A stretch of DNA of 64,000 nt from an uncultured virus (IMG/VR IMGVR_UViG_3300009128_000001). Taxonomy: Duplodnaviria > Heunggongvirae > Uroviricota > Caudoviricetes. Position 1 is the first letter of the stretch. The number at the start of each line of letters is the position of its first letter. A program made the translations under genes and the position numbers. Positions 25,494-35,167 of this stretch are shown in pieces. The stretch lies in the IMG/VR virus record IMGVR_UViG_3300009128_000001; one strand, given 5' to 3'. The notes below the pieces were generated by a model that ran no database searches, had not been told where the DNA came from, and was given only the letters and a program-made list of their open reading frames with translations.

Positions 25494-26270
25494 TTATTTC
25501 TGTTGTTCTAATAATCTTTTTCTTTCGCGCTGTTTTCTTTTTTTCTCTCTTTCTTTTTCTCTCATCTTTGCTCGATATTCCGGATCCTGCATTCGTTTTT
25601 TACGCTCTTCTCTCTTCCTATGGCGCCGGGCTTCTTTTTCCTCAGCAGTTTCTGTTTCCATCTTTTTTTGTCTAGATTTTGTATCTATCTGGCGCCTTCT
25701 CTTTCTAAACTCAGGATCATCTCTCATCTTTTCGCGATATTTTCTATCTATTTCTCGCATCTGCTCCACACGTCTCTTATATTCTTCCGGATTATGTTCC
25801 TTTAAATATTTCATGTCTAATTTTCGCTGAAGAGTTTCTTTTTTAACGTCTCTCATTTCCCGTCTCTTACCTTTCTGATACTGATGAGCTTCATACAGTT
25901 TTTGTTCCATTTTCTCTGGAACAGATATCTCTTCTGAGCCTTGTTCCGCATATTCTGTTGCATACTCTGGCTCATCATACGTATCTTGGCTCAACATCAT
26001 AAAATTCGCATACAAATTTTGCAGTTCACTTCGAGCGCTTTCGTCAGCAAATTCATTAATACCACGCATCAACTCGGCTGCCTCTCGAAGTAAATCTTCT
26101 CTTTCTCTTTCTGAAGAATATCCAATAGAGTCCAATAACTCCTTTAATCGGTCTACAACGCCGTCGTCAACCACCCCATATAATTCAGTCCAATCTATAG
26201 CGTGCTGACCAAGCGCAACTAATGAATAAAATCTTCTGGCGAGTTTTAATATATAGTCGACTCTATGCAT
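25494..26270 (-). CDS. charged coiled-coil protein with LKLARRF leader
   Basis: N-terminus YILKLARRF; E/K/R-rich tail with DPE(F/Y)R repeats. Confidence 0.6.
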   Translation of the reverse strand: MHRVDYILKLARRFYSLVALGQHAIDWTELYGVVDDGVVDRLKELLDSIGYSSEREREDLLREAAELMRGINEFADESARSELQNLYANFMMLSQDTYDEPEYATEYAEQGSEEISVPEKMEQKLYEAHQYQKGKRREMRDVKKETLQRKLDMKYLKEHNPEEYKRRVEQMREIDRKYREKMRDDPEFRKRRRQIDTKSRQKKMETETAEEKEARRHRKREERKKRMQDPEYRAKMREKEREKKRKQRERKRLLEQQK

Positions 26271-26272
26271 TA

Positions 26273-27091
26273 CTAATCCTTTTTATTTATCTTAATTAAT
26301 TTAGCCGCCGCGAGTAATTTTTTTAATAAACTCCAATGCGATGGTAACTTACACTCTTCTTTTTTTAACGCTAATTCTTGTATCCTATTTTCCACCCATT
26401 CTATATCAAACCCTAGAGGATCTGGCTTTCTTCTGGTGATGTTATAATGTGATAAAAGCCCCTTATAATGTTCCGGATTGCTAATTGTTGTTTTAATGAT
26501 ATTGCCATTATTATCTCTTGGAAATTTCGGATCTATATCGGGGAACAATTGTGTAAACCCCCACAACAGTCTGGCACAAGCTTCATGTTGAGCTTTTGTT
26601 GGTGCAAACACCTTGCTAAAAGCATATCCGTGCACCTTATCAGATACTATATCATGAGGTTGTACTCCAAATTTATCTTGATAATATTTTGAATATAAAT
26701 TGCTATTTTCCCATGCCTCTGGATGATAACTAATCTCTACACCTGGTCCCTCTTCATTTAATGGCACATGAGACCAGCACCCCTCTTTAATGTCAGCGCA
26801 TTGATAAATAGTTGCAATGCCATCATCATTAATATCATCATCAATCATAAAATTACAACTTAAACCGCGAGCATTTAAGCCACGGAACATACTATGCGCG
26901 GTATATGTAACAGAGTGATGTACCACAAAACAATTAATAATTTCTCGGAGATGATCTAGTGATATATCTCTTTTATAAAAACTGCCTTTGGGATAAAAAG
27001 AAAGCCCCTCTTCTTCATTCCATAACACAACGCGGCAGCCTATATCAAACCCTTTACCAGATGCAATTATTTTGGTGTTTTTATCAGTCAT
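26273..27091 (-). CDS. N-acetylmuramoyl-L-alanine amidase (Amidase_2), endolysin candidate
   Basis: VVHHS, SCNFMID, IYQ..D, WSH, GVEI, LSHYNI...K.DP. Confidence 0.85.
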   Translation of the reverse strand: MTDKNTKIIASGKGFDIGCRVVLWNEEEGLSFYPKGSFYKRDISLDHLREIINCFVVHHSVTYTAHSMFRGLNARGLSCNFMIDDDINDDGIATIYQCADIKEGCWSHVPLNEEGPGVEISYHPEAWENSNLYSKYYQDKFGVQPHDIVSDKVHGYAFSKVFAPTKAQHEACARLLWGFTQLFPDIDPKFPRDNNGNIIKTTISNPEHYKGLLSHYNITRRKPDPLGFDIEWVENRIQELALKKEECKLPSHWSLLKKLLAAAKLIKINKKD

Positions 27092-27108
27092 ATTAACCTC
27101 TTAACAAT

Positions 27109-27705
27109 ATGGCAAATAATCGGTATAAATATATGAAGGAAAAATTACTTAAAGTATTCAAGATCTTAACCGTAACATTAACAATCTTACTTATCTCGGG
27201 CGGAATAACACATGCCAAATATAAGAATCCAAACAGGGTTCCGAAGGTACACACGCCAATTGCAACTGTACCACTAGCTCAAGTATTAAAAGAGGGGCAT
27301 ATAGAAATTTTCGGATATGCCCCTTCTAATAAGAGATTGGCTGTGGCCTGGAGTCAAGTGGCAATAGAAAATGGACAAGGGCGTCTTACATATAATCATA
27401 ATCTGGGCAATATAAGCACGCTAAAAAAGGTTCCATATTATGTTGTGGCCGGACATCCGTTTAGGTCATTCCCTAATTTTAAGAAGGGAGCTGCGGCATA
27501 CTGGAGCGTAATAAACAATATGTGCAAGTCTTCATTGCCAGCTTTTGACGCCGGGGCTCCAGAATGGGCTGCTAAAGTATTATATGGGTGCGGTTATTAT
27601 GGGGCCGATCCTGTAAAATATGGCAAAGCAATGAGACAATTATACGCCAAAGCAACCTACCAGGTATTGCCCAAAATGAAAAAAACCAAAAAGAAAAAGA
27701 AATAA
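27109..27705 (+). CDS. glucosaminidase/muramidase-like (GH73/FlgJ-like) protein with N-terminal signal
   Basis: SQVAIENG, NHNLGNI, FRSF, GYY.ADP..Y; hydrophobic N-terminus (start may be 27133). Confidence 0.65.
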   Translation: MANNRYKYMKEKLLKVFKILTVTLTILLISGGITHAKYKNPNRVPKVHTPIATVPLAQVLKEGHIEIFGYAPSNKRLAVAWSQVAIENGQGRLTYNHNLGNISTLKKVPYYVVAGHPFRSFPNFKKGAAAYWSVINNMCKSSLPAFDAGAPEWAAKVLYGCGYYGADPVKYGKAMRQLYAKATYQVLPKMKKTKKKKK

Positions 27706-28458
27706 CTAATCTTTTTTAGCGGCAAATAAACCAATAATAAACGTCCATATCGTCATGAAAATTTTGACGATTAGGTTCATTTTCTCTTCATTAGGATCTT
27801 TCTTTGGATCTTTTTCTTCCGGAATTAAATCAGTTACATCATGCTCCGGCTCATCTATATCTGGCGGCGATTCATATGGATCTTCGGCCGGCTGTTCTGG
27901 CGGCTCAAACTCTAATAATAAGTCAGATTTCTTCATGAATTCATTATATAAACCCACAACTACGGCCGTATAGCTCTGTAATGGCGCTGTAAAATAACCG
28001 CCTTGTTTTAATTCGAATACATATTTCCGCACATTACCATTAACTAATTCTTGCCATGCCCTTTTGTAATTTGAACGTGTGGCCAGAAAATTTAGATGGA
28101 ATTTAGCTCCCTCTAGTGCTGACTCATGCGCGGAAAATAAAGTTTGCGGATGATATGGATAGAAATAATAATGCTCGCCATTTATATATTCAGAGCAAAA
28201 ATAAGAAGTATAATGGACATTTTTGCGTTTTTTGACATTGCCCCAGTTATAATTCCTCAACTGTTTCCATCTACCAGTTTCTAAAGCTGATTGAGCCCAA
28301 AGGATTCCCAAACTTTCAAGAGAAGGATAATCACCATATAACTCTTTCCAAGCTTCTCTCAAATAGTACGTAGCCTCTGCCTCTTTTAGCGGAGTTTTTT
28401 TACAATGAATGAATAAAGAATCGTCAGGCGGCGTATTATATTTTGGATCTAGTTTCAT
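27706..28458 (-). CDS. glucosaminidase/muramidase-like (GH73/FlgJ-like) protein with amphipathic tail
   Basis: AQSALETG, NYNWGNVK, LKQGGYFTA...Y; acidic Pro linker then IFMTIWTFIIGLF. Confidence 0.7.
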   Translation of the reverse strand: MKLDPKYNTPPDDSLFIHCKKTPLKEAEATYYLREAWKELYGDYPSLESLGILWAQSALETGRWKQLRNYNWGNVKKRKNVHYTSYFCSEYINGEHYYFYPYHPQTLFSAHESALEGAKFHLNFLATRSNYKRAWQELVNGNVRKYVFELKQGGYFTAPLQSYTAVVVGLYNEFMKKSDLLLEFEPPEQPAEDPYESPPDIDEPEHDVTDLIPEEKDPKKDPNEEKMNLIVKIFMTIWTFIIGLFAAKKD

Positions 28459-28472
28459 ACATATATGGCAAA

Positions 28473-28817
28473 TTATAAACCAAATATATATAGATCGCCC
28501 CAATCGAGATTCACGAGGGGATATGTTTGTCCTGGGGGCCCGAATTTATTTTCCTCAATTTTGACGAGCCCATGAGAATAAAAGCATACTACATCAGCAT
28601 ACTCTCGATTTTGCAGCTCTTCAAATGATCGAACAACCATCAATCGCATGTCTAAGATCTTTAAATCACGGACATAATTAGGATCTGCGGCAATGCGATC
28701 ATCAAATACATATCCATCAATTACGGAATTAATATGAAGTTGACGCACAAACATATCTTGTACATTTGCTGTCAAGTCATTATTAACAAAAATTACTGCT
28801 GCGGGGCGTACAACCAT
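28473..28817 (-). CDS. hypothetical protein
   Basis: ATG 28817 abuts upstream stop. Confidence 0.6.
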   Translation of the reverse strand: MVVRPAAVIFVNNDLTANVQDMFVRQLHINSVIDGYVFDDRIAADPNYVRDLKILDMRLMVVRSFEELQNREYADVVCFYSHGLVKIEENKFGPPGQTYPLVNLDWGDLYIFGL

Positions 28818-28818
28818 T

Positions 28819-29355
28819 TTACTCTCGGAAAAACATTCCACTAAAGTCATCCGCCAAATTTACATCTTCACACGCATCATCTGGCGGGGGCGCATCATCA
28901 TCGGGAGGGTCTTTTTTGGGAACGGTTTTTGGTTTCTTATTCTTGATGCGTTTTATAAGCGTGGTATCCCCATCCTCATCGGTACCAACATCATATTCTA
29001 CACCGTCAGAAATATACCCAACATCTTGCGCTTCATTATCGTAGAACACTGCCTTATTAGAATCTGTCAGGTCTAAGTTTTGCAGCGCCTTCTGTTTATT
29101 AAGCATTTCGGTGCGCGCCTTTTTCATAGCGTCGCGAGCATCTGACAGCTTGGTATCTAATGATTCTTTTTCCTTAGCCAGCTGAACACATTCTCTTTTT
29201 AGCTTTAGATATTCCCCCCTAAGCTTGCCAATAATCTTCTCTAATTGTTTCCGAGACATGGTGACCGATTTGCTCTTTTTTGCCGCGGTCTTATCACGCA
29301 AACCATTCAATTTAAGATCAAGGTTTTTTGCTACTTTATTAATTTTATTAGTCAT
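28819..29355 (-). CDS. coiled-coil protein with KVA/KTAA leader
   Basis: MTNKINKVAKNLD...DKTAA; heptad-rich middle; AATA-N6-CATA upstream. Confidence 0.6.
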   Translation of the reverse strand: MTNKINKVAKNLDLKLNGLRDKTAAKKSKSVTMSRKQLEKIIGKLRGEYLKLKRECVQLAKEKESLDTKLSDARDAMKKARTEMLNKQKALQNLDLTDSNKAVFYDNEAQDVGYISDGVEYDVGTDEDGDTTLIKRIKNKKPKTVPKKDPPDDDAPPPDDACEDVNLADDFSGMFFRE

Positions 29356-29407
29356 ACTGGTACGCCCTTTCCTCATACTAGTATGTAAAATTATTAGCCC
29401 TTATATT

Positions 29408-29680
29408 CTAATTTAAATCTGAAACCATCTTATCGAAATCATCTTCTAATAATTTGTCCTGAATGGCATCTTCTTCTAATTGTTTCTTATAAAATTCTGG
29501 CCAATGTAAGAACAGCTGATATATCTCATCTGCCGACAGCTCTTTTAATCTGGCCAACAAAATCTTCGACTCAGTTTCTACCAAAATGTCTGGAGTGGCG
29601 GTCTCTTTTTTTAATTGAAAATATCTGTACAAACTTCTAACTGCCCAATATATTTTTGAATTTTCTTCCGTTTCTATCAT
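29408..29680 (-). CDS. hypothetical protein
   Basis: 90-aa ORF in leftward operon. Confidence 0.6.
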   Translation of the reverse strand: MIETEENSKIYWAVRSLYRYFQLKKETATPDILVETESKILLARLKELSADEIYQLFLHWPEFYKKQLEEDAIQDKLLEDDFDKMVSDLN

Positions 29681-29693
29681 ACAATAATCATCC

Positions 29694-30014
29694 CTAATTT
29701 AATTTCGAAACATCTAAATGAATAATCTTTCTTGATAATTCATTTAATTGTTCTTCTACTTGTTTATAAATATCTTCGCTAATAAATAAAAATTCCTCTT
29801 TATCGATACCAATTTCCGCTGATATCTGCGAGCTAAAAGAAATTAATATAGATAATAATTCCATCGTGCAATTTTTGTCTAAATTGCCCTTTATTACTGC
29901 GTTTATCGTCTCTTCTATTTTTGATGCAAACTGCTTTAATACTTCCTCATCTAAATCGTATTCATCGGTTTTGATAGGATCTTTTTCTGTTTTAGTAGGG
30001 TCATCCTCTGTCAT
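29694..30014 (-). CDS. hypothetical acidic protein
   Basis: 106 aa, GGAG RBS. Confidence 0.6.
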   Translation of the reverse strand: MTEDDPTKTEKDPIKTDEYDLDEEVLKQFASKIEETINAVIKGNLDKNCTMELLSILISFSSQISAEIGIDKEEFLFISEDIYKQVEEQLNELSRKIIHLDVSKLN

Positions 30015-30062
30015 AAATGCTCCGATCTGTAAAGGTATAGTGGTATGTCAATATATTAACCC

Positions 30063-30752
30063 TTACGACCAGAGGCCTTTGCGGATTTTAATCAAACGAA
30101 CTAATGCTTCCTGTTCATCCTCATCACACTTTTTATGTGCTTCTAACCAAACCTCCCGAATTTCCTCGTATTTTTCCTTATCTTCTTGTTCGTTCATTTT
30201 TTTGTATAAAGCGGTAGAATTATCTGCACTCTCTTTAGCGCCCTCAGTCCAATATTTATACAAGGCGAGCACCTCTAAATAATCTTCGTACTGTGTTTTT
30301 ACCGCAGGATCGTTTTGCAGCTCTTCTTCAGAATAATGATCGGCGGGGTTATACACCTTTTCATTTTCAACATAATCAACAAGAATACTAAAATTCGCCA
30401 GTAATACTTTTTGGCACGGATCGAGATATCCCCATCGATATCCCCAAAACTCATTATCTTTCGGTTGGCGTAAGTCCAATAAATGGTCTCTCCTGAATAG
30501 AAAGGATTTTACCCAATACCACCAATTAGATATAACCATTATTATATGAACAGAAAACCACGTACTAAATGTATAGTTCAAAAAATACTTGAAAGGATAT
30601 TGTTCTTTCATCTCCGCTTCATAATCTTCCCAACAATATCCTTCTTCAAATTTATCAAAACGCCTAGATGGCAGAGCATTATATGTACTTTTGCCAAGTT
30701 CTACAACGGTTGGCAGTTTTAAAAATTTTGGGTATATACTTTTTATTCTCAT
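30063..30752 (-). CDS. hypothetical phage protein
   Basis: 229 aa; L.ANF.ILVDYVE.E, LYKYWT and L.RLIKIR..LW pattern. Confidence 0.65.
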   Translation of the reverse strand: MRIKSIYPKFLKLPTVVELGKSTYNALPSRRFDKFEEGYCWEDYEAEMKEQYPFKYFLNYTFSTWFSVHIIMVISNWWYWVKSFLFRRDHLLDLRQPKDNEFWGYRWGYLDPCQKVLLANFSILVDYVENEKVYNPADHYSEEELQNDPAVKTQYEDYLEVLALYKYWTEGAKESADNSTALYKKMNEQEDKEKYEEIREVWLEAHKKCDEDEQEALVRLIKIRKGLWS

Positions 30753-31402
30753 TTGTCTATCTCCACATAGCAGTCACAAAAAGATTCGGAAGCAACTGGT
30801 TTGATGGCTTCTAGCATTCTCAATAATAAATCTGTTGTCATCTGTACGTCACCAGCGGCAGTATGTGCTTTTGCTTTTTTTACACCAAATGCTTTTATAA
30901 GAGACGTTAAATTATAATGTCTTCGCCTCTTTCCGGTACACAGATCAATCATCACCGCTAATTGTTTTGTATCAATAATTCTATTTCCCGTTTCTAGCGC
31001 AAATGGAAAAGTATCCGGACTTTCCATTTTTTTCCACAATTCTTCGAGAGCCCTAACATCAAACTTTGGATTTTGTCCGGCGAATATTCTATCCATCGCA
31101 GAAACACCATCCTCCATAACCCAATCCTCAATCTCAATAATTACCTCGGACGGATCTTTATAATTTTCTCGGCCAAATTTTGTGAGATGTAAAATATCAT
31201 CTCTTTTATGTTTGTTTATATTTAGGGCTTCTTCGCTAATTGTTCTTGGATTAAGCGCTTTTAGCATCCAAGTTTTCTGTTCTCGCTCAGTTTGCTGGCC
31301 GAACACTAATCTACACGCAGAAATTTCTATCACATCATTTTCTACCGCGTCCAATCCAGTAGTTTCCGTATCAATCACATAAATTACATATTCATCGCTC
31401 AT
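30749..31402 (-). CDS. DEDDh 3'-5' exonuclease (second paralogue)
   Basis: IDTETTGL, AGQNPKFD, IDT, AHTAAGD. Confidence 0.88.
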   Translation of the reverse strand: MSDEYVIYVIDTETTGLDAVENDVIEISACRLVFGQQTEREQKTWMLKALNPRTISEEALNINKHKRDDILHLTKFGRENYKDPSEVIIEIEDWVMEDGVSAMDRIFAGQNPKFDVRALEELWKKMESPDTFPFALETGNRIIDTKQLAVMIDLCTGKRRRHYNLTSLIKAFGVKKAKAHTAAGDVQMTTDLLLRMLEAIKPVASESFCDCYVEIDK

Positions 31403-31521
31403 AACTTTCCTCCGCAATGTATATAAACATACGATCCATCACGCCTGGCTCGACCAATTTGTAATGAAACCCTGTTATTTTAAGCGCAAATTAAATAATA
31501 CTTCTATCAACTTAGCTAACA

Positions 31522-31710
31522 TTAATCAGTTGGTTCATCATTGCCATGCTCGACGATTTTGTTCTCATGTATAGCAATCTTGTTCAAATACATGCTAATT
31601 CTTTTCGCCGTAAGCTCATCAATAGGAACATCAACCTGCTCTTTGCGTTCATTTAAAAAGGTAATAAAATAAACTTTATCTGTCTGCTTTATTCCGCCAT
31701 ACTTAATCAT
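31522..31710 (-). CDS. hypothetical protein
   Basis: 62-aa ORF coupled to upstream gene. Confidence 0.5.
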   Translation of the reverse strand: MIKYGGIKQTDKVYFITFLNERKEQVDVPIDELTAKRISMYLNKIAIHENKIVEHGNDEPTD

Positions 31711-32053
31711 TATTCTTTTTCCACAATTCTTTTAACATCTTTTTTATCTTCGCATAAGATTTATTTCCCATCTTATACTGATCCATCAATGCGCGAATTC
31801 CATCAACAGATCTCAACACACTACGTTCTCTTTTAGTTAAACGGATACCCTTAACCACATGCACCACTCGATTATTTTCTACTATTTCCCAATCCTCGCC
31901 GTCATGTGGAAGAGAAACCCTTCTAACACTCAGAACTTTTTGCACAACATTTTGATCATCGTCATAAAGATCGTCATTCAATTTTAACGATGGAAATGAT
32001 GGGCCGCTACTCTCATTGTATGGATAATTATCACTAAAATATCTTGGTACCAT
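31703..32053 (-). CDS. hypothetical protein
   Basis: 116-aa ORF. Confidence 0.6.
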   Translation of the reverse strand: MVPRYFSDNYPYNESSGPSFPSLKLNDDLYDDDQNVVQKVLSVRRVSLPHDGEDWEIVENNRVVHVVKGIRLTKRERSVLRSVDGIRALMDQYKMGNKSYAKIKKMLKELWKKNND

Positions 32054-32057
32054 ATTT

Positions 32058-33263
32058 TCACCTACAAGCGCTATTAGCAGCTATTATACCACTAACTGTT
32101 GCGCCAAGAATACCCCTTATACCAGCAGACTCTCCGGCAATATACATCCCATTTATTTCCGATTCTAAATTGTCTCCCAGCCTTACGCTTGCTGCAATAG
32201 GGGCAATATGAGGGACGTACATATAACCCTTAGAACATAATCCCGGAATAATATTTTCTAGATTATCTAGGTCATCTTTTAACCAACTATATTCCGGCAA
32301 TAAATTTAACAAACTATTATTCTTCATAAACGTAGATATTTTCTCCTTACTAACACGATCATTGAATAATAAGAATGACAATTTTCCCATCCTATCAGAC
32401 TGAGCACACCCTCCATTTTTTATATATATAGATTTTAGCACAGAAAATGATACTTTTTCTGAGCGCCATCGATCTTCGTTAGATCTAAACGCAGATATTA
32501 CCAAATCAGAATGATCTTCGGGTATTATTGTTCCAAACCAATTTAATGGGCCTACTTCTAAATCTTCACTAACCAATCTACATGGAGACTTATTAAATGG
32601 CCTTAAATGACAAGAGGGAATTTCTACACGCACACCATATTCGGCATAATCATCCTCGGCTACTATTCCTAATTGCTTGTACAAATTAGTAACCCACCGC
32701 CATCCACTCCTCCCAACACATAGAATTATCCGCCTACAAGCAGTATCGCCCTGTTTATGCGATAACATAAACCATTTTCTATTTTTGCGTATTGAGGTAA
32801 TTTCTGTATCAAAACAAAAATGTATATTGGGCGATTCCTCAAAAATACCGGAAGCTAATTTAGACAATTTATGAACGCTTTCGGGTTTCCACTGATAATA
32901 ATCATTCAACTCTGCATCAAATCCAGCATTTTCTATTTTATGTAACATGGATGCGGACAATTTGGAACTTTTAATCAGCTTCATTGGGTTCACTTCTTTG
33001 AAATATTTCATCGCCCATTTAAATGCCGGTGTAACTCTCCTTCCATCCGTTAAATCTAACAATTGCTCCAGATCATTCATATAAATCTGACCATTGCCAG
33101 TAGGAAAACAACCTAAAAACCCTTCCAGCTGCCGTCTACGTTTTTGGGGTGGGCGGCCAATTTCAAATACAACGCATTTACAGTTCTTATGCTTTTCCGC
33201 AATTTTTAGGGCGGCAAAAGTACCTGCAACACCACATCCGATTATTCCAACATCAAAAGCCAT
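32058..33263 (-). CDS. FAD-dependent oxidoreductase (COG2509-like)
   Basis: IIGCGVAG Rossmann motif, VGRSG..W, GVRVE, G.YIAGESAG..GI..A..SG. Confidence 0.8.
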   Translation of the reverse strand: MAFDVGIIGCGVAGTFAALKIAEKHKNCKCVVFEIGRPPQKRRRQLEGFLGCFPTGNGQIYMNDLEQLLDLTDGRRVTPAFKWAMKYFKEVNPMKLIKSSKLSASMLHKIENAGFDAELNDYYQWKPESVHKLSKLASGIFEESPNIHFCFDTEITSIRKNRKWFMLSHKQGDTACRRIILCVGRSGWRWVTNLYKQLGIVAEDDYAEYGVRVEIPSCHLRPFNKSPCRLVSEDLEVGPLNWFGTIIPEDHSDLVISAFRSNEDRWRSEKVSFSVLKSIYIKNGGCAQSDRMGKLSFLLFNDRVSKEKISTFMKNNSLLNLLPEYSWLKDDLDNLENIIPGLCSKGYMYVPHIAPIAASVRLGDNLESEINGMYIAGESAGIRGILGATVSGIIAANSACR

Positions 33264-33338
33264 ATACCCATTCCGTTAATAATGATTTCACTAACTTAAT
33301 ATAACGGAATTATTCGATGTGTGCTAAATATGTATTTT

Positions 33339-34037
33339 CTATACGCTGCTGTTACTAAAATCTTCTGCTAACTGTCGATAAAAATCATCTTCTTCAATAA
33401 TTTGGCCGCTTATTATTTTATCTATATTATTTTGTAGCTGTTTTTTTATCCCAAAAGGCCACATAAAATAATAATCGGAAGAGACAAACTGATCATTAAT
33501 CCCCTCTATCCGATGTTCTAATAAGCCTTTCCGATCTGTTTTGGTCCAACCTCGCTCTTTTAGTACCTCATTATATAAGAATAAGGTTGTAACATACCCT
33601 TTTAATTCATAATGCATACGTCCAGGAGCAGGTAGTGGGGTTAAAAATACTACAAATAAAATTAGCGACAACCAAATAGAAACCGGCAATAATAATAACA
33701 TAAATGGCGCCAATATTTGTGGGAACAAATATGCCAAAACAAACCAGATAGATTTCCAAAAGCCGCGAGAATCATAAACGTGCCGAAATTCATGTCCCAA
33801 TGTTATAGAATATCTTGGACTATCATCGGTCTCCACCTCTTTTTTGCTAGTAAAATATGCTGTCTTGCCAATGGTGGTGGTAACATTAGTCATAAACCCG
33901 CGATTAAAAAACAATAGAAATCCCAAAATTTTCATAAACACAGATTGGTCTTTATATTTTACCTTAAACCCATCGACCCTTTCTGATAAAATACTGACAA
34001 AATTCATAAACCTTAAAAAATATTTATTATCAGACAT
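33339..34037 (-). CDS. membrane protein with HExxH motif
   Basis: HEFRH, hydrophobic hairpin, then R..YEL.GY. Confidence 0.6.
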   Translation of the reverse strand: MSDNKYFLRFMNFVSILSERVDGFKVKYKDQSVFMKILGFLLFFNRGFMTNVTTTIGKTAYFTSKKEVETDDSPRYSITLGHEFRHVYDSRGFWKSIWFVLAYLFPQILAPFMLLLLPVSIWLSLILFVVFLTPLPAPGRMHYELKGYVTTLFLYNEVLKERGWTKTDRKGLLEHRIEGINDQFVSSDYYFMWPFGIKKQLQNNIDKIISGQIIEEDDFYRQLAEDFSNSSV

Positions 34038-34107
34038 AATTCCCTCCAATTATATGACAAAATATCGCAACCACCGCCGCTATTAATAATAATGCATATT
34101 TATAGGT

Positions 34108-34761
34108 GTGTCAAGCTTATTATTAACAATACTAATTCTATTAAATATAACCTTATTGCCTATCGGTGTATATTTATTAAAGAGAATCGAAGAGCGGGTT
34201 GGGTACAAGGCCATCTCCAAGCACCCGCTGCCGCCCATAATTATTAGGAAAATTTATATTGATCGTGCGTTTACAACAAAAGAACGCACTATTATAAAAA
34301 CAGCCCTGTCTCAGTGGGAAAAGATAACCAACGGATTAGTTCGTTTGCGCATTATAGACTCTTCCGCAATATCTCTGTCGGAAGGATACCATTGTCGTGA
34401 ACAACATTCATATGATGAATATTGCAGCCGCATTTATCTTTCTAAAGCCCTTTCCTCCGACGACAAAATACAAGAAATTGATGCATACGAAAAAACAAAT
34501 ATTTGGGGCTATGCCTATATGACATATGTGCCAAGAATAGCGATTATAGTTACTGATAGAATCCCTAACGAACAACAATTACAAAAAATAATCATTCACG
34601 AAATAGGACATCTCCTAGGAATTCCTCATGGCTCACAGCACCACTCGCTTATGCACCAATATTGTTCTGCAAGTAAAAAGCAACAAATTACAGAAGAAGA
34701 TTTGCGATACATAATTCGCACCGCATTGAGAGATGTTGAACTACAATACAGACGCCACTGA
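34108..34761 (+). CDS. matrixin/M10-like zinc metalloprotease, N-terminal TM
   Basis: HEIGHLLGIPH plus SLM Met-turn. Confidence 0.8.
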   Translation: MSSLLLTILILLNITLLPIGVYLLKRIEERVGYKAISKHPLPPIIIRKIYIDRAFTTKERTIIKTALSQWEKITNGLVRLRIIDSSAISLSEGYHCREQHSYDEYCSRIYLSKALSSDDKIQEIDAYEKTNIWGYAYMTYVPRIAIIVTDRIPNEQQLQKIIIHEIGHLLGIPHGSQHHSLMHQYCSASKKQQITEEDLRYIIRTALRDVELQYRRH

Positions 34762-35118
34762 TTACATAATAGACATGCACATTTCACAAAGACACAATCC
34801 AGACCTGCACTGATCATCACCATCACACTTGCCTACAGTTTTTAGCTCACAAATACTGGTGGTATAATCGCAGTAGTGTTCCGGATCGCAATCTCTTTGC
34901 AATATACATGTGTCTAAACACTCGCCAGATTCTTCGTCTGTTACGTAACCGCCACAACCATAGTCAACGGGCGTATAATTTTCATCTGTTTCCGCAAATT
35001 TCTCAATCAAATCTTGACAAAGCTCTTGCTTGATCTCCATTTTTTCGATATTTATCTCAAAAGTACAAGCAGTAAATAAAAAAGCAATTCCCCACAAAAT
35101 ACAAAAATACTTCCACAT
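34762..35118 (-). CDS. Cys-rich lipoprotein
   Basis: Signal ending FTAC; multiple Cys motifs (C..D.QC.SG.C.C..C). Confidence 0.65.
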   Translation of the reverse strand: MWKYFCILWGIAFLFTACTFEINIEKMEIKQELCQDLIEKFAETDENYTPVDYGCGGYVTDEESGECLDTCILQRDCDPEHYCDYTTSICELKTVGKCDGDDQCRSGLCLCEMCMSIM

Positions 35119-35167
35119 AACCTTCCCTTAAGTTAGAGGTGTATAATAGGTTATATATCAGCGCTTA

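Noticed and set aside
29408..30014. Shared C-terminal xLN ending (SDLN, SKLN; also VVN, EVN elsewhere)
   Set aside because: Too short and too few to separate from chance in AT-rich genes
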